64,000 nucleotides of DNA from contig DAORUN010000003.1 of the NCBI GenBank assembly GCA_035433205.1, positions 4,574 to 68,573 of the forward strand, written 5' to 3'. The notes beneath the pieces were generated by a model. That model did no database searches. It saw only the letters and a list, made by a program, of their open reading frames with translations, and was not told where the DNA came from. Shown piece by piece: positions 9,056-17,666 of this stretch. The position numbers were made by a program, and so were the translations under genes. This stretch comes from Thermoflexales bacterium (GTDB lineage: Bacteria > Chloroflexota > Anaerolineae > J036 > Brachytrichaceae). Each line of letters begins with the position of its first letter. The stretch's first letter is position 1.

Positions 9056-10510
9056 TTATTTGCCCAGATAAATGGATGCGCCTTGATATTCAAAAATCAG
9101 CTCAGTTGGTTTGCTGGTGAGCAGCTGAATGGGGTGGCCTGCATTGGTTGCCACAAAAAATTCGCGCCCGGTTTTGTTTTCATTTTGCGGCCCAATTTCA
9201 GAATGCAATTGCCACAAATAAAAATACACCGGCCAGTCCTCCGGGGTTTTTATGGTTAGCTTGTCGCTCGGTGTCATCGCTTTTGCAAGCTGGGCGGCAA
9301 TGGCAGGGGCCTGCGCAAACACGCCAGTGTCTGGGTAGCGGGTGATGGCGTTTGTTTGAGCCAGCATCACCGCGAATAGAGCGCAACCCGCGCAGGCCGC
9401 GCCCCCCAGCGCGAGGCTCGTCCCCGGCCAGCGATCCATCAGCCATGCAAAGCCGCCATCTGCGGTGATGAACACAAATGGAATGAGGTAAATCCAGGTG
9501 CGCGGGAACGGTGTTGCGTGTTGCGCAATCAGCGCCAGCGCGGAACCAATCAGCATGCATGGCAAAAGCAGGGCCGCGGCAAGGCGCTGGGTTTTAATCG
9601 CCCGCGCCAAACCCATCAGCAAAAAAGCCAGCAACAAAACAAGGGCGGGGATGGGAACATCACGGGTGAAATCGTTAAATGTGTATTGCAGTTGCACCGG
9701 CATCAATCTAAAAAATTCCGGCCAGGGCAGGGGGCGCACAAACTCGTTGGACGTGATGGCCGCAATGCTTTTTGTGGCGTAGATCACTGGCAAATAAAAC
9801 GCGGCGGTGAACAAGGCCGAAAGAACGCCGCATGGCAAAACAAATCCCAGCAACACGGGTTTAAGGGCGCGGTGTTTGATGAGCAAAAGCGCTGTCAGCC
9901 AAAGATAAATGCCCGCGACTGGAAATAAAAATGAGGGCATAGTCAGCATCCCCAGCGCGGCCACCATTGCCATGCCAACAAGCTTGATTCGCATAGGCAT
10001 CTGGTGATAGCCGTATGCTAACCATGTGAGAACCAACGCAAACACAACGACCATCGTGTAACCACGCGCGTTTGTAGCATACAAAACCAAATACGGAAAG
10101 ACCGCCATTGCCAGCGCGGCAAAAACGCCGGAATTTGAACTTCCCATCAAGCGGCAAATGCGGTATATCAACGGGATGGCTAAAACGCCCGCGGCAAATG
10201 CGGGCAGGCGCAAGGCGGCGGGCGCGGCGCTTGCCTGCGCCACAACTTTTACCAGCGCCGTGTGCAGAACGTGATTATTTGGCAGGGTGTAGCGAAACAC
10301 ATCCAGCCAACTGCCATTGACATATTTCAGAAAGGTATACGCCTCGTCGTAACGCATGGGCTGCGCCAAAAAGTAAACCCGGAGGGTAATCCCGATGAGC
10401 AATGCCGCGAGAATCGGGATCAACCAGCCGAAGGCGCTTTTTTTGGCGAATGAATTTCCGGGCGAAATGGATGACATGACGAATTTATTTTGCCGCGAAA
10501 ATAACGCCAT
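9056..10510 (-). CDS. GT-C family membrane glycosyltransferase (ArnT/PMT, GT39/83-like)
   Basis: 484-aa polytopic protein. The first extracytoplasmic loop carries PMRYDEAYTF, a DE-type motif typical of GT-C enzymes. An alternative ATG at 10477 would remove the 26-nt overlap with the upstream gene. Confidence 0.6.
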   Translation of the reverse strand: MALFSRQNKFVMSSISPGNSFAKKSAFGWLIPILAALLIGITLRVYFLAQPMRYDEAYTFLKYVNGSWLDVFRYTLPNNHVLHTALVKVVAQASAAPAALRLPAFAAGVLAIPLIYRICRLMGSSNSGVFAALAMAVFPYLVLYATNARGYTMVVVFALVLTWLAYGYHQMPMRIKLVGMAMVAALGMLTMPSFLFPVAGIYLWLTALLLIKHRALKPVLLGFVLPCGVLSALFTAAFYLPVIYATKSIAAITSNEFVRPLPWPEFFRLMPVQLQYTFNDFTRDVPIPALVLLLAFLLMGLARAIKTQRLAAALLLPCMLIGSALALIAQHATPFPRTWIYLIPFVFITADGGFAWLMDRWPGTSLALGGAACAGCALFAVMLAQTNAITRYPDTGVFAQAPAIAAQLAKAMTPSDKLTIKTPEDWPVYFYLWQLHSEIGPQNENKTGREFFVATNAGHPIQLLTSKPTELIFEYQGASIYLGK

Positions 10511-12023
10511 CGGCGTAACTGGATGCGCGCGCGGTGGGGCAGCCCGTTGTGAATTGTTTTTGATCTGGGAACATGGGGCGGTCGTTTATGGCGTTATAAA
10601 AAACAACGGCGGCCTTGCCAGACACGGTTTCATCACACATTACCCGCATTTCCAGATCAAAACCTTCATTTTGTTTTTTGGTCACGCCATCATAAATGAG
10701 CGGCAACGCAGCCGAGCGCTTTGCTTCCATTTGAAAATTGATATGGTCAAAACCATTCGAGTAAATCTTTGTTCCAGAGGTGATGGAATGCGCGGCGGCA
10801 TACGTTGGCGAGTCTGTCCATTGCGTTGCGCCATAACCCCATCCCGTTTTTTGCATGGTCCCCAGCTTGGTTGATGCGACCCGTGCGTTGAGAAATGCGG
10901 ATGCGGGCAGCAGCGCCAAAAACGCCAGGGCAATGATTGGTTTATGGGTCGCCCTGGCCACATTTCTGGTTAGCGCTACTGCCGCCAGAATGAGGGCCAC
11001 ATAAACAGGTAGAAGGATGCGCGAGTCTACCGGGGTGGTGTTGTCAAAAAAAGAAATGGACACCGCCAAAAAAGGCACATAAACCACAACAAACAAAAGC
11101 GCCATCAAAGGGATGGCCAAGTTAGCGGCGCGGGCGCGCGTGAAAGCCTTTTTTTGTTTGAGCATGAAAAGCCCCAGCCCAAACAACGCGCAAACAAGCC
11201 CTAGAAAAACAAGTTGCTGGTTAAATGACAAAATGCCCGGCAAAATGTAATTGCTCATCGTGCGGATGAAATCATAAATGTGCTGGCTGGTGATGAGATG
11301 CACGGCAAATGTGCGGTCAGTGGCCTGGCTGGCGCGCAAAGTGTTATACATGCCCCAAATGGCAAGCGGGGTGATGGCCGCCGCGCCCGCCGTGATCACC
11401 TCGCCCCATTTTTTGCGCGGCGGGTTTTTGCTCAACACCCAAAGTGTGAGCAGCAGCGGCGGGATGAGTGTCGCCCCGATATACCGTGTGACCGCCGCAA
11501 GTCCCATCGCGAAAGCGGCCAGCGCCAGAACAACCAATTGACCTTTTCGAAAATACAACGCCAGCAGGCAAAACCCCGCCAGCATGAACGTGAGAAATGG
11601 TGGTTCCGACCACGCCATGACGTGATTTTCCAAGATGGGGAATGAAAACAAAAAGAGGGTCAGCCCAACCAGCACTGCCCAAACGCTGTTTCGGGCGCTT
11701 GCCCGCAATGCCAGCCCCATCAGCACCGTGTTTATGCCCATGAGCGCCACATGCAACAGACGCGTGGATGGATACACCATGCCCGGTTGCAGCGCGTTTG
11801 AAATGGCGATGAGCGCCGGGTAAACGGGCGGAAAATGTGTGGCGGGGTTGCCCCATTGGGTGAACCCCTGTCCCATCTTTACGCCCAGCGCGGTTTCGAT
11901 GTAGACCACCGAGTCAATGGATATGCCCGTGCCGTGCGTGGTTGCCCAATACACCAAAGCAGATGACGCAAATGCGGCAACCAGAATGAGTGATACCGCG
12001 ATGATGTTTTTTTTATCAGTCAT
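10485..12023 (-). CDS. GT-C-like polytopic membrane glycosyltransferase
   Basis: The ORF-track start at 12038 is TTG. The ATG at 12023 (MTDKKNIIAV...) lies 4 nt after the MBOAT stop. An ISIDSVVYIETA motif follows TM1, then >10 helices and a soluble C-terminal domain. Confidence 0.55.
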   Translation of the reverse strand: MTDKKNIIAVSLILVAAFASSALVYWATTHGTGISIDSVVYIETALGVKMGQGFTQWGNPATHFPPVYPALIAISNALQPGMVYPSTRLLHVALMGINTVLMGLALRASARNSVWAVLVGLTLFLFSFPILENHVMAWSEPPFLTFMLAGFCLLALYFRKGQLVVLALAAFAMGLAAVTRYIGATLIPPLLLTLWVLSKNPPRKKWGEVITAGAAAITPLAIWGMYNTLRASQATDRTFAVHLITSQHIYDFIRTMSNYILPGILSFNQQLVFLGLVCALFGLGLFMLKQKKAFTRARAANLAIPLMALLFVVVYVPFLAVSISFFDNTTPVDSRILLPVYVALILAAVALTRNVARATHKPIIALAFLALLPASAFLNARVASTKLGTMQKTGWGYGATQWTDSPTYAAAHSITSGTKIYSNGFDHINFQMEAKRSAALPLIYDGVTKKQNEGFDLEMRVMCDETVSGKAAVVFYNAINDRPMFPDQKQFTTGCPTARASSYADGVIFAAK

Positions 12024-12027
12024 CGTG

Positions 12028-13521
12028 CTAGAACGCAAAATAAATAAACTCGTTGTTGCCCTCGGTTGCCATTCGCCCCAAAATAATAATCGCCATGATG
12101 CCGATGTAATACACCGCCCAGCGCAGCGTTGCCGGCTGGCGGTTCACCATGTCAATGATGGAGCCTCGGCGTTCCTGGATTAAGTCCACCAGCAGCAATA
12201 CGCCAATGAGGGCGAACAACGCCGCAAGAACACCATACCCGCCGAGCGGATCAAACATTTGGCCGCGCGTCGTCGCGTTCAGCAGGCCGCCCCATCCGCT
12301 GAACAAATGCGTCACCACGTAAACCGCCTCGTTCAGATTCCTGGCGCGAAAGAATATCCACGCGAAAGTTGCCAGCCCAAAGGTGAACAAAACGCGCAAA
12401 ACCGTCCATACTCGCGGGTGCTTGGCGATGCCGATGGCGTCTACCAGTTTGCGCCGAGCCTTCTCGGTCAACATTTCAATCACCCGGAAGGTGCCATGCA
12501 AAACGCCCCAAATTACAAAGGTCCAGTTTGCGCCGTGCCACAACCCGCTCACCACAAATACAATAAACACATTCAAAATGCGCCGCGCGGGCGAGACGCG
12601 GTTGCCGCCCAGCGGGATGTAAAGATAATCGCGGAACCAGGTTGAAAGCGAGATGTGCCAGCGCGACCAAAAATCGCCAATGCCAGTGGCGAAATACGGA
12701 TGGTTGAAGTTCTTCATCAACGTAAACCCCATCACCTCTGCCGAGCCAATGGCGATATTGGAGTAGCCCGCGAAGTCGCAATAAATTTGAAAGGCATACA
12801 AAATCATGGCGATGACCAGCGTTGGCCCGGCGAACTTCATTGGGCCGGTTGGGTCGGAAGCCAAACTGCCGCCCATCACCGCGTTCACCGTTGGCGAGAT
12901 GCGATCCGCGATCACAACTTTCATAAAGAAGCCCCACGCCATCATTTTTAGCCCGCGCGTAATGCGGTCGTAATCAAACGTGTGCTTGTCTCGCATTTGG
13001 CTGAGGAGGTTCTGCGGGCGCTCAATTGGCCCCGCCACCAGTTGCGGGTAGAACATCACGTATAACGCAAAAATGCCAAAATGCTTTTCCACCGGTTGCC
13101 GCCCGCGATAAACCTCAATCGTGTAGGCCATGGATTGAAAGGTATGAAAACTCAGGCCGATGGGCAAAAGAATATTGAGCAAATAATTTTTGCCAGCGGC
13201 GGCGTTTCCCAGCGCTCCAAAAATAGATTCCACGCCAAAGTTCCAATACTTAAACACCGCCAGCACGCCAATGTTGGCCACCAGGCTCAACCCCAGCATC
13301 CATTTGCGCTTTTTCCCTTCGGACTGGGCGATGAGAATCCCCGCGATGTAATCTATGCAAATGGTGAAACCCAAAATGAGAATGTATTCCCATTTGTAGG
13401 CCATGTAAAAGATGCAGCTCGCGACCAGCAGCCACACCCAGCGCGCCTTTTGCGGCAACACAAAATACCCAATCGTCACAATTGGGAAGAACAGCAGGAA
13501 TTCAAAGGAATTGAATAGCAT
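12028..13521 (-). CDS. MBOAT family membrane-bound O-acyltransferase (AlgI/DltB/PatA-like)
   Basis: MLFNSFEFLLFFPIV N-terminus, WHISLSTWFRDYLYIPLGGNR and SGLWHGANW (catalytic His block). These are classic MBOAT signatures. Confidence 0.9.
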   Translation of the reverse strand: MLFNSFEFLLFFPIVTIGYFVLPQKARWVWLLVASCIFYMAYKWEYILILGFTICIDYIAGILIAQSEGKKRKWMLGLSLVANIGVLAVFKYWNFGVESIFGALGNAAAGKNYLLNILLPIGLSFHTFQSMAYTIEVYRGRQPVEKHFGIFALYVMFYPQLVAGPIERPQNLLSQMRDKHTFDYDRITRGLKMMAWGFFMKVVIADRISPTVNAVMGGSLASDPTGPMKFAGPTLVIAMILYAFQIYCDFAGYSNIAIGSAEVMGFTLMKNFNHPYFATGIGDFWSRWHISLSTWFRDYLYIPLGGNRVSPARRILNVFIVFVVSGLWHGANWTFVIWGVLHGTFRVIEMLTEKARRKLVDAIGIAKHPRVWTVLRVLFTFGLATFAWIFFRARNLNEAVYVVTHLFSGWGGLLNATTRGQMFDPLGGYGVLAALFALIGVLLLVDLIQERRGSIIDMVNRQPATLRWAVYYIGIMAIIILGRMATEGNNEFIYFAF

Positions 13522-13554
13522 TTTTTCAAGTGCAAGATACGCTTCGCACGCAAC

Positions 13555-13584
13555 TTTCTTATTTCTTATCTCTTATTTCTTCAT
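13555..13584. repeat. AAGAAAT-type repeat arm (TTTCTTATTTCTTATCTCTTATTTCTTCAT)
   Basis: It shares TTTCTTATTTCTT with the arm at 14750-14769 and is the reverse complement of the arm at 14673-14697. It overlaps the stop and last codons of the GT4 gene. Confidence 0.6.
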
Positions 13585-14662
13585 ACATTTTCAGCAACGC
13601 ATCCGAGTTTTTGCCCCAGTCTGCGCGGGCTTCGGCAATTTGGCGGTTGGTTTGGCGGATGGCCTCACGGCGGGCTTCGTCCAGCCGCGCGGCTTGCAGC
13701 ATCCATCGCGCCACATCTTCGCTGTCACCCTTGCGGGCCAGCCAGCCATTCTCATCGTGCCGAACCCACTGCGCGTTGCTAGGCACATCGGTCACAATCG
13801 CGGGCAGCCCGGTCGCCATCGCCTCCAGCAAAGATACCGATGAGCCATCATTGTAAGAGCAACTGGCATATACATCCGCATTCTGAAAGGTCGTCCCAAT
13901 CTGGGCGTTGTTGATTCGCCCGGGCAGCGCGATGGCCGTCGCCAGATCATGCTTTTGGATGAAGCGGTGAACTTCGTGAGCCATTGTTCCATCCCCCGCC
14001 AGAACCAGCCGCAACCGCGCGTCTTGCCCCCGCGCCAGCGCAAACCCGCGCAGCAAAACATCAACCCCATAAATCGGTTCCCACGAACGGGTGGATAAAA
14101 ACGTGATTGTTTGGGAGTTGGCAGGCGCGGGGCGGGCGGGGTGGGGCGGCGCAAATTTTTTAAGGTCAATGCCCCAGGGAAATTCCAGGATGCGCAGCGC
14201 GGGCGCAAACTCCGCGATCTTTTGATGCACCACCTGCGAATCGCACAACGCGCTTGCGGCGCGATCCAGCGCGAAATGGGTGGCCCAGCGCCACTCGGCA
14301 TCGCGCTCGGCGTCCTCCAGCATGTCTGATGCCCATGACATGATGACCAGCGGACGAAAGCCAGACAAGGCAGCCATAAGCCCGCAAGTTTGCACTGGCC
14401 CGGCCTGAATCACATCGGGTTTCACCTCGCGGATCACGCGCAGCAAATCTTCCATCAAGGGCAGCGCGTCTCGCGGCGCATCCAGCGCGGCGCGGGTTCC
14501 ATCCCACAAAACAAGATGCGCCCCCGCTGGCAGCGGGCGCGTCTCGTGAATGGCGATGTTGCCAGCCCGCGCGTGCCACACCTCGTGCCCGCCATCCACC
14601 ATTTTGCAGATGAAGCGGTGGTCGTGGCTGGTGTAGCCCCGGCTGATATACAGGATGCGCAT
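13559..14662 (-). CDS. Glycosyltransferase family 4 (GT-B fold)
   Basis: The ORF-track start at 14674 is TTG. The ATG at 14662 gives MRILYISRGY.... The C-terminal EAMATGLPAIVTDV...ENGW block is the E-x7-E type GT4 motif. Confidence 0.8.
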   Translation of the reverse strand: MRILYISRGYTSHDHRFICKMVDGGHEVWHARAGNIAIHETRPLPAGAHLVLWDGTRAALDAPRDALPLMEDLLRVIREVKPDVIQAGPVQTCGLMAALSGFRPLVIMSWASDMLEDAERDAEWRWATHFALDRAASALCDSQVVHQKIAEFAPALRILEFPWGIDLKKFAPPHPARPAPANSQTITFLSTRSWEPIYGVDVLLRGFALARGQDARLRLVLAGDGTMAHEVHRFIQKHDLATAIALPGRINNAQIGTTFQNADVYASCSYNDGSSVSLLEAMATGLPAIVTDVPSNAQWVRHDENGWLARKGDSEDVARWMLQAARLDEARREAIRQTNRQIAEARADWGKNSDALLKMYEEIRDKK

Positions 14663-14672
14663 GATGTTCTGC

Positions 14673-14769
14673 AAATAAGAAATGAAGAAATAAGAAACTT
14701 TCCGCGGGCAACATTTTTGAGAAGCAGAAAATTTGCCCCCCGGATTCTCTTTCTTATTTCTTCATTTCT
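14673..14769. repeat. AAGAAAT-type long hairpin (20-bp perfect stem, 52-nt loop with inner GC stem)
   Basis: 14678-14697 AGAAATGAAGAAATAAGAAA is exactly complementary to 14750-14769. The loop contains GGGCAA...TTGCCC. It lies between the lysC stop and the GT4 start. Confidence 0.8.
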
Positions 14770-14776
14770 CTTTTCT

Positions 14777-16216
14777 TTATCCAATCATCGCGTGAGCAGC
14801 GCGGACGGCGTTTTTGGCATCCTCGCCGCCAACCACCACGCTGATTACGCACTCGCCCATGCCCTGCGCGATGGACAAAATGTTGATGCCAAGCTCGCCC
14901 AGCGCAGAGAAGACTTTGCCGCCCACCCCCGGCGTATCGGCAATGCCGTTGCCCACGCAAGTGATGATGGCCGCGTTCTCGTGCGTGTTCACGTTGTCAA
15001 TATCACCTTCGCTAATCTCGCGGTCAAACTCGCGTTGCAATTCCGCCACCACTTTGGCCGATGACAATTGCGGCACCACCAGACAAATATTTTGTTCCGA
15101 TGAAGCCTGAGTAATCATAAACACGCTGGTGCCGGTGCGGGCCACGCTGGTAAACGTGCGCCCGGCAATGCCCGGCACGCCGCGCATTCCAGCGCCGGTC
15201 ACGGTCACCACGCACACTTTTTCCAGCAGGGTGATGGCTTTCACGGGCGAGCTGTTTCGCTCTCCGTCTTTCGTGATCAACGTGCCGGGGTGATCTGGGT
15301 TGAATGTGTTTTTCACGCGCAGGGGAATGTGCTGCTCAATCAGCGGCGCAATCGTGAGCGGGTGAAGCACCTGCGCCCCAAAGAATGCCAAGCCAGCCAT
15401 CTCGGCCTGCGAGAGCACATCCACCGTTTTGGCCGATGGCTCAATGCGCGGGTCGGTGGTCAGCACGCCATTCACATCGGTGTAGTTCAACACAATGTCG
15501 GCATCCAGCGCGGCGCCCACGATGCTGGCGCTGTAATCACTTCCGCCGCGACCCAGCGTGGTCGGAATTCCCTTCGGCGTGCTGCCAATAAAACCGGTCA
15601 CAACCGGCACAACGCCTTTTTGCAAAAGCGGGGTCAGCCGCGCCCTGGTCATTTGTTTGGTGATGTCCATCAGAGGGGCGGCGTTTTGGTAATGATCGTT
15701 TGTGATCACAAATTCCGTGGCATCCAGGCTGATGGCGTCGGTGCCCTTGCTGCGCAGCGCCGCCGCCAAAATTCGCGCGGCCATTCGCTCACCCAGCCCG
15801 CTAATCGCGTCCAGCGCGCGCGGGGTGATCTCGCCCAGCACTTTTACGCTTCCGCACAAAGTCTCAAAGCCATCCAGCAATTGCTCAATCTCCGCGCTAA
15901 TTTCCGCGCGTTCATCCTCGTTTTCAATCACGGCCTTGATGGCATTTTCGTGCTTGGCCGAGAGTTCTCGCCGGATGCGGCGATACGTTTCACCATCGCC
16001 ATCGGCGGCGGTTTTGGCCGCGTTCAAAAGCGAATCGGTTACCTTGATTTGATCTGCTGGGGCCTTGTTGCCTGGCAGGGGCTTGCCCATTGCCGAGGTG
16101 ACGACCACCACGTGATCCCACGTGTGCGTGGCCTGTTTGACGATTTCGCACACCTGCTGCATCGCCTCTGCGCTGCCAACGGATGTGCCTCCGAATTTAA
16201 GAACTGATGATGACAT
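14777..16216 (-). CDS. lysC: Aspartate kinase
   Basis: MSSSVLKFGGTSVGSAEAM kinase N-terminus, a TLGRGGSDYSA motif and C-terminal ACT-type repeats. The 21 extra codons of the tracked ORF (to 16279) are encoded by the GAATTCT hairpin and were trimmed. Confidence 0.9.
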   Translation of the reverse strand: MSSSVLKFGGTSVGSAEAMQQVCEIVKQATHTWDHVVVVTSAMGKPLPGNKAPADQIKVTDSLLNAAKTAADGDGETYRRIRRELSAKHENAIKAVIENEDERAEISAEIEQLLDGFETLCGSVKVLGEITPRALDAISGLGERMAARILAAALRSKGTDAISLDATEFVITNDHYQNAAPLMDITKQMTRARLTPLLQKGVVPVVTGFIGSTPKGIPTTLGRGGSDYSASIVGAALDADIVLNYTDVNGVLTTDPRIEPSAKTVDVLSQAEMAGLAFFGAQVLHPLTIAPLIEQHIPLRVKNTFNPDHPGTLITKDGERNSSPVKAITLLEKVCVVTVTGAGMRGVPGIAGRTFTSVARTGTSVFMITQASSEQNICLVVPQLSSAKVVAELQREFDREISEGDIDNVNTHENAAIITCVGNGIADTPGVGGKVFSALGELGINILSIAQGMGECVISVVVGGEDAKNAVRAAHAMIG

Positions 16217-16228
16217 GATTTTGATTAC

Positions 16229-16296
16229 TGAATTCTGAATTCTGAATGCCGATTGCTGAAAACTTTCTGAATTCAGCATTCAATATTCAGAATTCA
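16229..16296. repeat. GAATTCT-type hairpin (21-nt arms, 19/21 complementary)
   Basis: TGAATTCTGAATTCTGAATGC (16229-16249) pairs with GCATTCAATATTCAGAATTCA (16276-16296). It lies between the HD-protein stop and the lysC start. Confidence 0.8.
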
Positions 16297-17496
16297 AACC
16301 GCTCCCTCCTGATGGAGCGCGTGATACAAATAAGAGCTGGGCCAGGCATCGCGGCCAAAAAATTTGCCCAGGGTGGCAATTTGTTGCCGAAACAAGTGCC
16401 GCGTAAACACCCGCGTGATGCTGATGCCGCGCTCGGCGTCATCCACCACCAGATGAAATTCTGTTACCGATGGAAACAGCGCGAACACGGCGCTCATTGC
16501 CACATACATGCGCGAGAGATATGTGTTCAGCAAACTGGATTGAAACAAAAATAAATATTCAATGTTGGCTTCTTCGTAAAGCTCCGTCCATGCTTCGGGG
16601 TAACGCACCCGCCCGGTTCGTTTGAGCAAACTAGAGAAAAACTCCAGATGATCCTGGCTGTATTTAGCCCGAAAATCTACCCGCCAGCCAAACACGCCTT
16701 TGCCCGTGTCTCGCCAAATGACCGAATTTGCCACCAGCAAGTTCATCAACACGTGCAAATCTTGCACTGCCTCTGGCACGTTGGATTTTAGGCTGACCCG
16801 TTCAAAACTCACATCGGTTTTGTCTGCAATGATGAGCGCGAGTGTGGATGAGCCGAGATGGGCAAAGCCAGTTTGCATTGAGGCGAACTCCACCTCGTGA
16901 AAGACAATGACTTCCATCACGCCCAAAAAATGCTCAAAGACCTGCGGGTCGGAATCATAATTCTCTAAAATTTGCGAGGCGATGTAAATGCCAAATAGAC
17001 CATGCAGTTTGCGGCCAATCAAGTTGCCCATGTCATGCAGCAAGCCGCCAATCACCAGCTCGCGGTCTTTTTTGTCGGTGCTGGGGATGGGGTCACGCTG
17101 GCGCAAAAGCTTGAGCGCGTTCAAGGTCACGGTAGACACGTGCAGCTTGCCATGCGCGTTAAACCCGGTCGGGGTTTCGCTGTCCAGCGCAATTTGCTGC
17201 AAGTCCATCACAAACCCCAAATGGTCAAGCAGGTATGCATACAAATCATCTGTGCCCAGATTCATCAACGCGTTAAAGTCAAATTTAAGCCGCAGTTTGG
17301 ATTCTGGTGTGAGCAGCTTCTGAATGGCCGCATCTTCCACGTGATTGCGGCGTAAAAAGCCAAGCATTCGCTCTCCGGTTTCTGCCCGGCGCAAAACGTG
17401 ACCGTTGCTCACCTGTTCTCGCGCGAAAACAATAAATTTTTCCGGCAGGTGAAACTGCGGATATCGTTGTTTTAGCGCGTCCAGAATCTTATCCAT
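16294..17496 (-). CDS. HD-domain protein (putative metal-dependent phosphohydrolase), function unknown
   Basis: 400-aa ORF with an ATG start. HGKLH ... GGLLHDMGN provides the H...HD signature. I recognise no other domain. Confidence 0.55.
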   Translation of the reverse strand: MDKILDALKQRYPQFHLPEKFIVFAREQVSNGHVLRRAETGERMLGFLRRNHVEDAAIQKLLTPESKLRLKFDFNALMNLGTDDLYAYLLDHLGFVMDLQQIALDSETPTGFNAHGKLHVSTVTLNALKLLRQRDPIPSTDKKDRELVIGGLLHDMGNLIGRKLHGLFGIYIASQILENYDSDPQVFEHFLGVMEVIVFHEVEFASMQTGFAHLGSSTLALIIADKTDVSFERVSLKSNVPEAVQDLHVLMNLLVANSVIWRDTGKGVFGWRVDFRAKYSQDHLEFFSSLLKRTGRVRYPEAWTELYEEANIEYLFLFQSSLLNTYLSRMYVAMSAVFALFPSVTEFHLVVDDAERGISITRVFTRHLFRQQIATLGKFFGRDAWPSSYLYHALHQEGAV

Positions 17497-17533
17497 GACC
17501 CAAAGATGTGAGTATAATCGTTAAAGGTTTTGA

Positions 17534-17605
17534 GTCCCTGTAGCTCAATGGATAGAGTGTCGGCCTCCGAAGCCGCAGGTCGCAGTTCGAGTCTGCGCAG
17601 GGACA
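17534..17605 (+). tRNA. tRNA-Arg (anticodon CCG)
   Basis: Hand-folded cloverleaf. Acceptor GTCCCTG/CAGGGAC, D arm GCTC..GAGT, anticodon loop CT-CCG-AA, T arm CGCAG-TTCGAGT-CTGCG, discriminator A. CCA is not encoded. Confidence 0.85.
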
Positions 17606-17666
17606 TGCCCAGGCGCCTGGCGCGCTTTGCCCAATTTGTTGGGACGCGCGCCGGGCGCTGAATATT

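Noticed and set aside
16217-16293. Lysine riboswitch (L-box) upstream of lysC
   Set aside because: Only 77 nt separate lysC from the upstream gene, and these are fully occupied by the GAATTCT hairpin. That is far too short for an L-box, and no conserved L-box motifs were seen.
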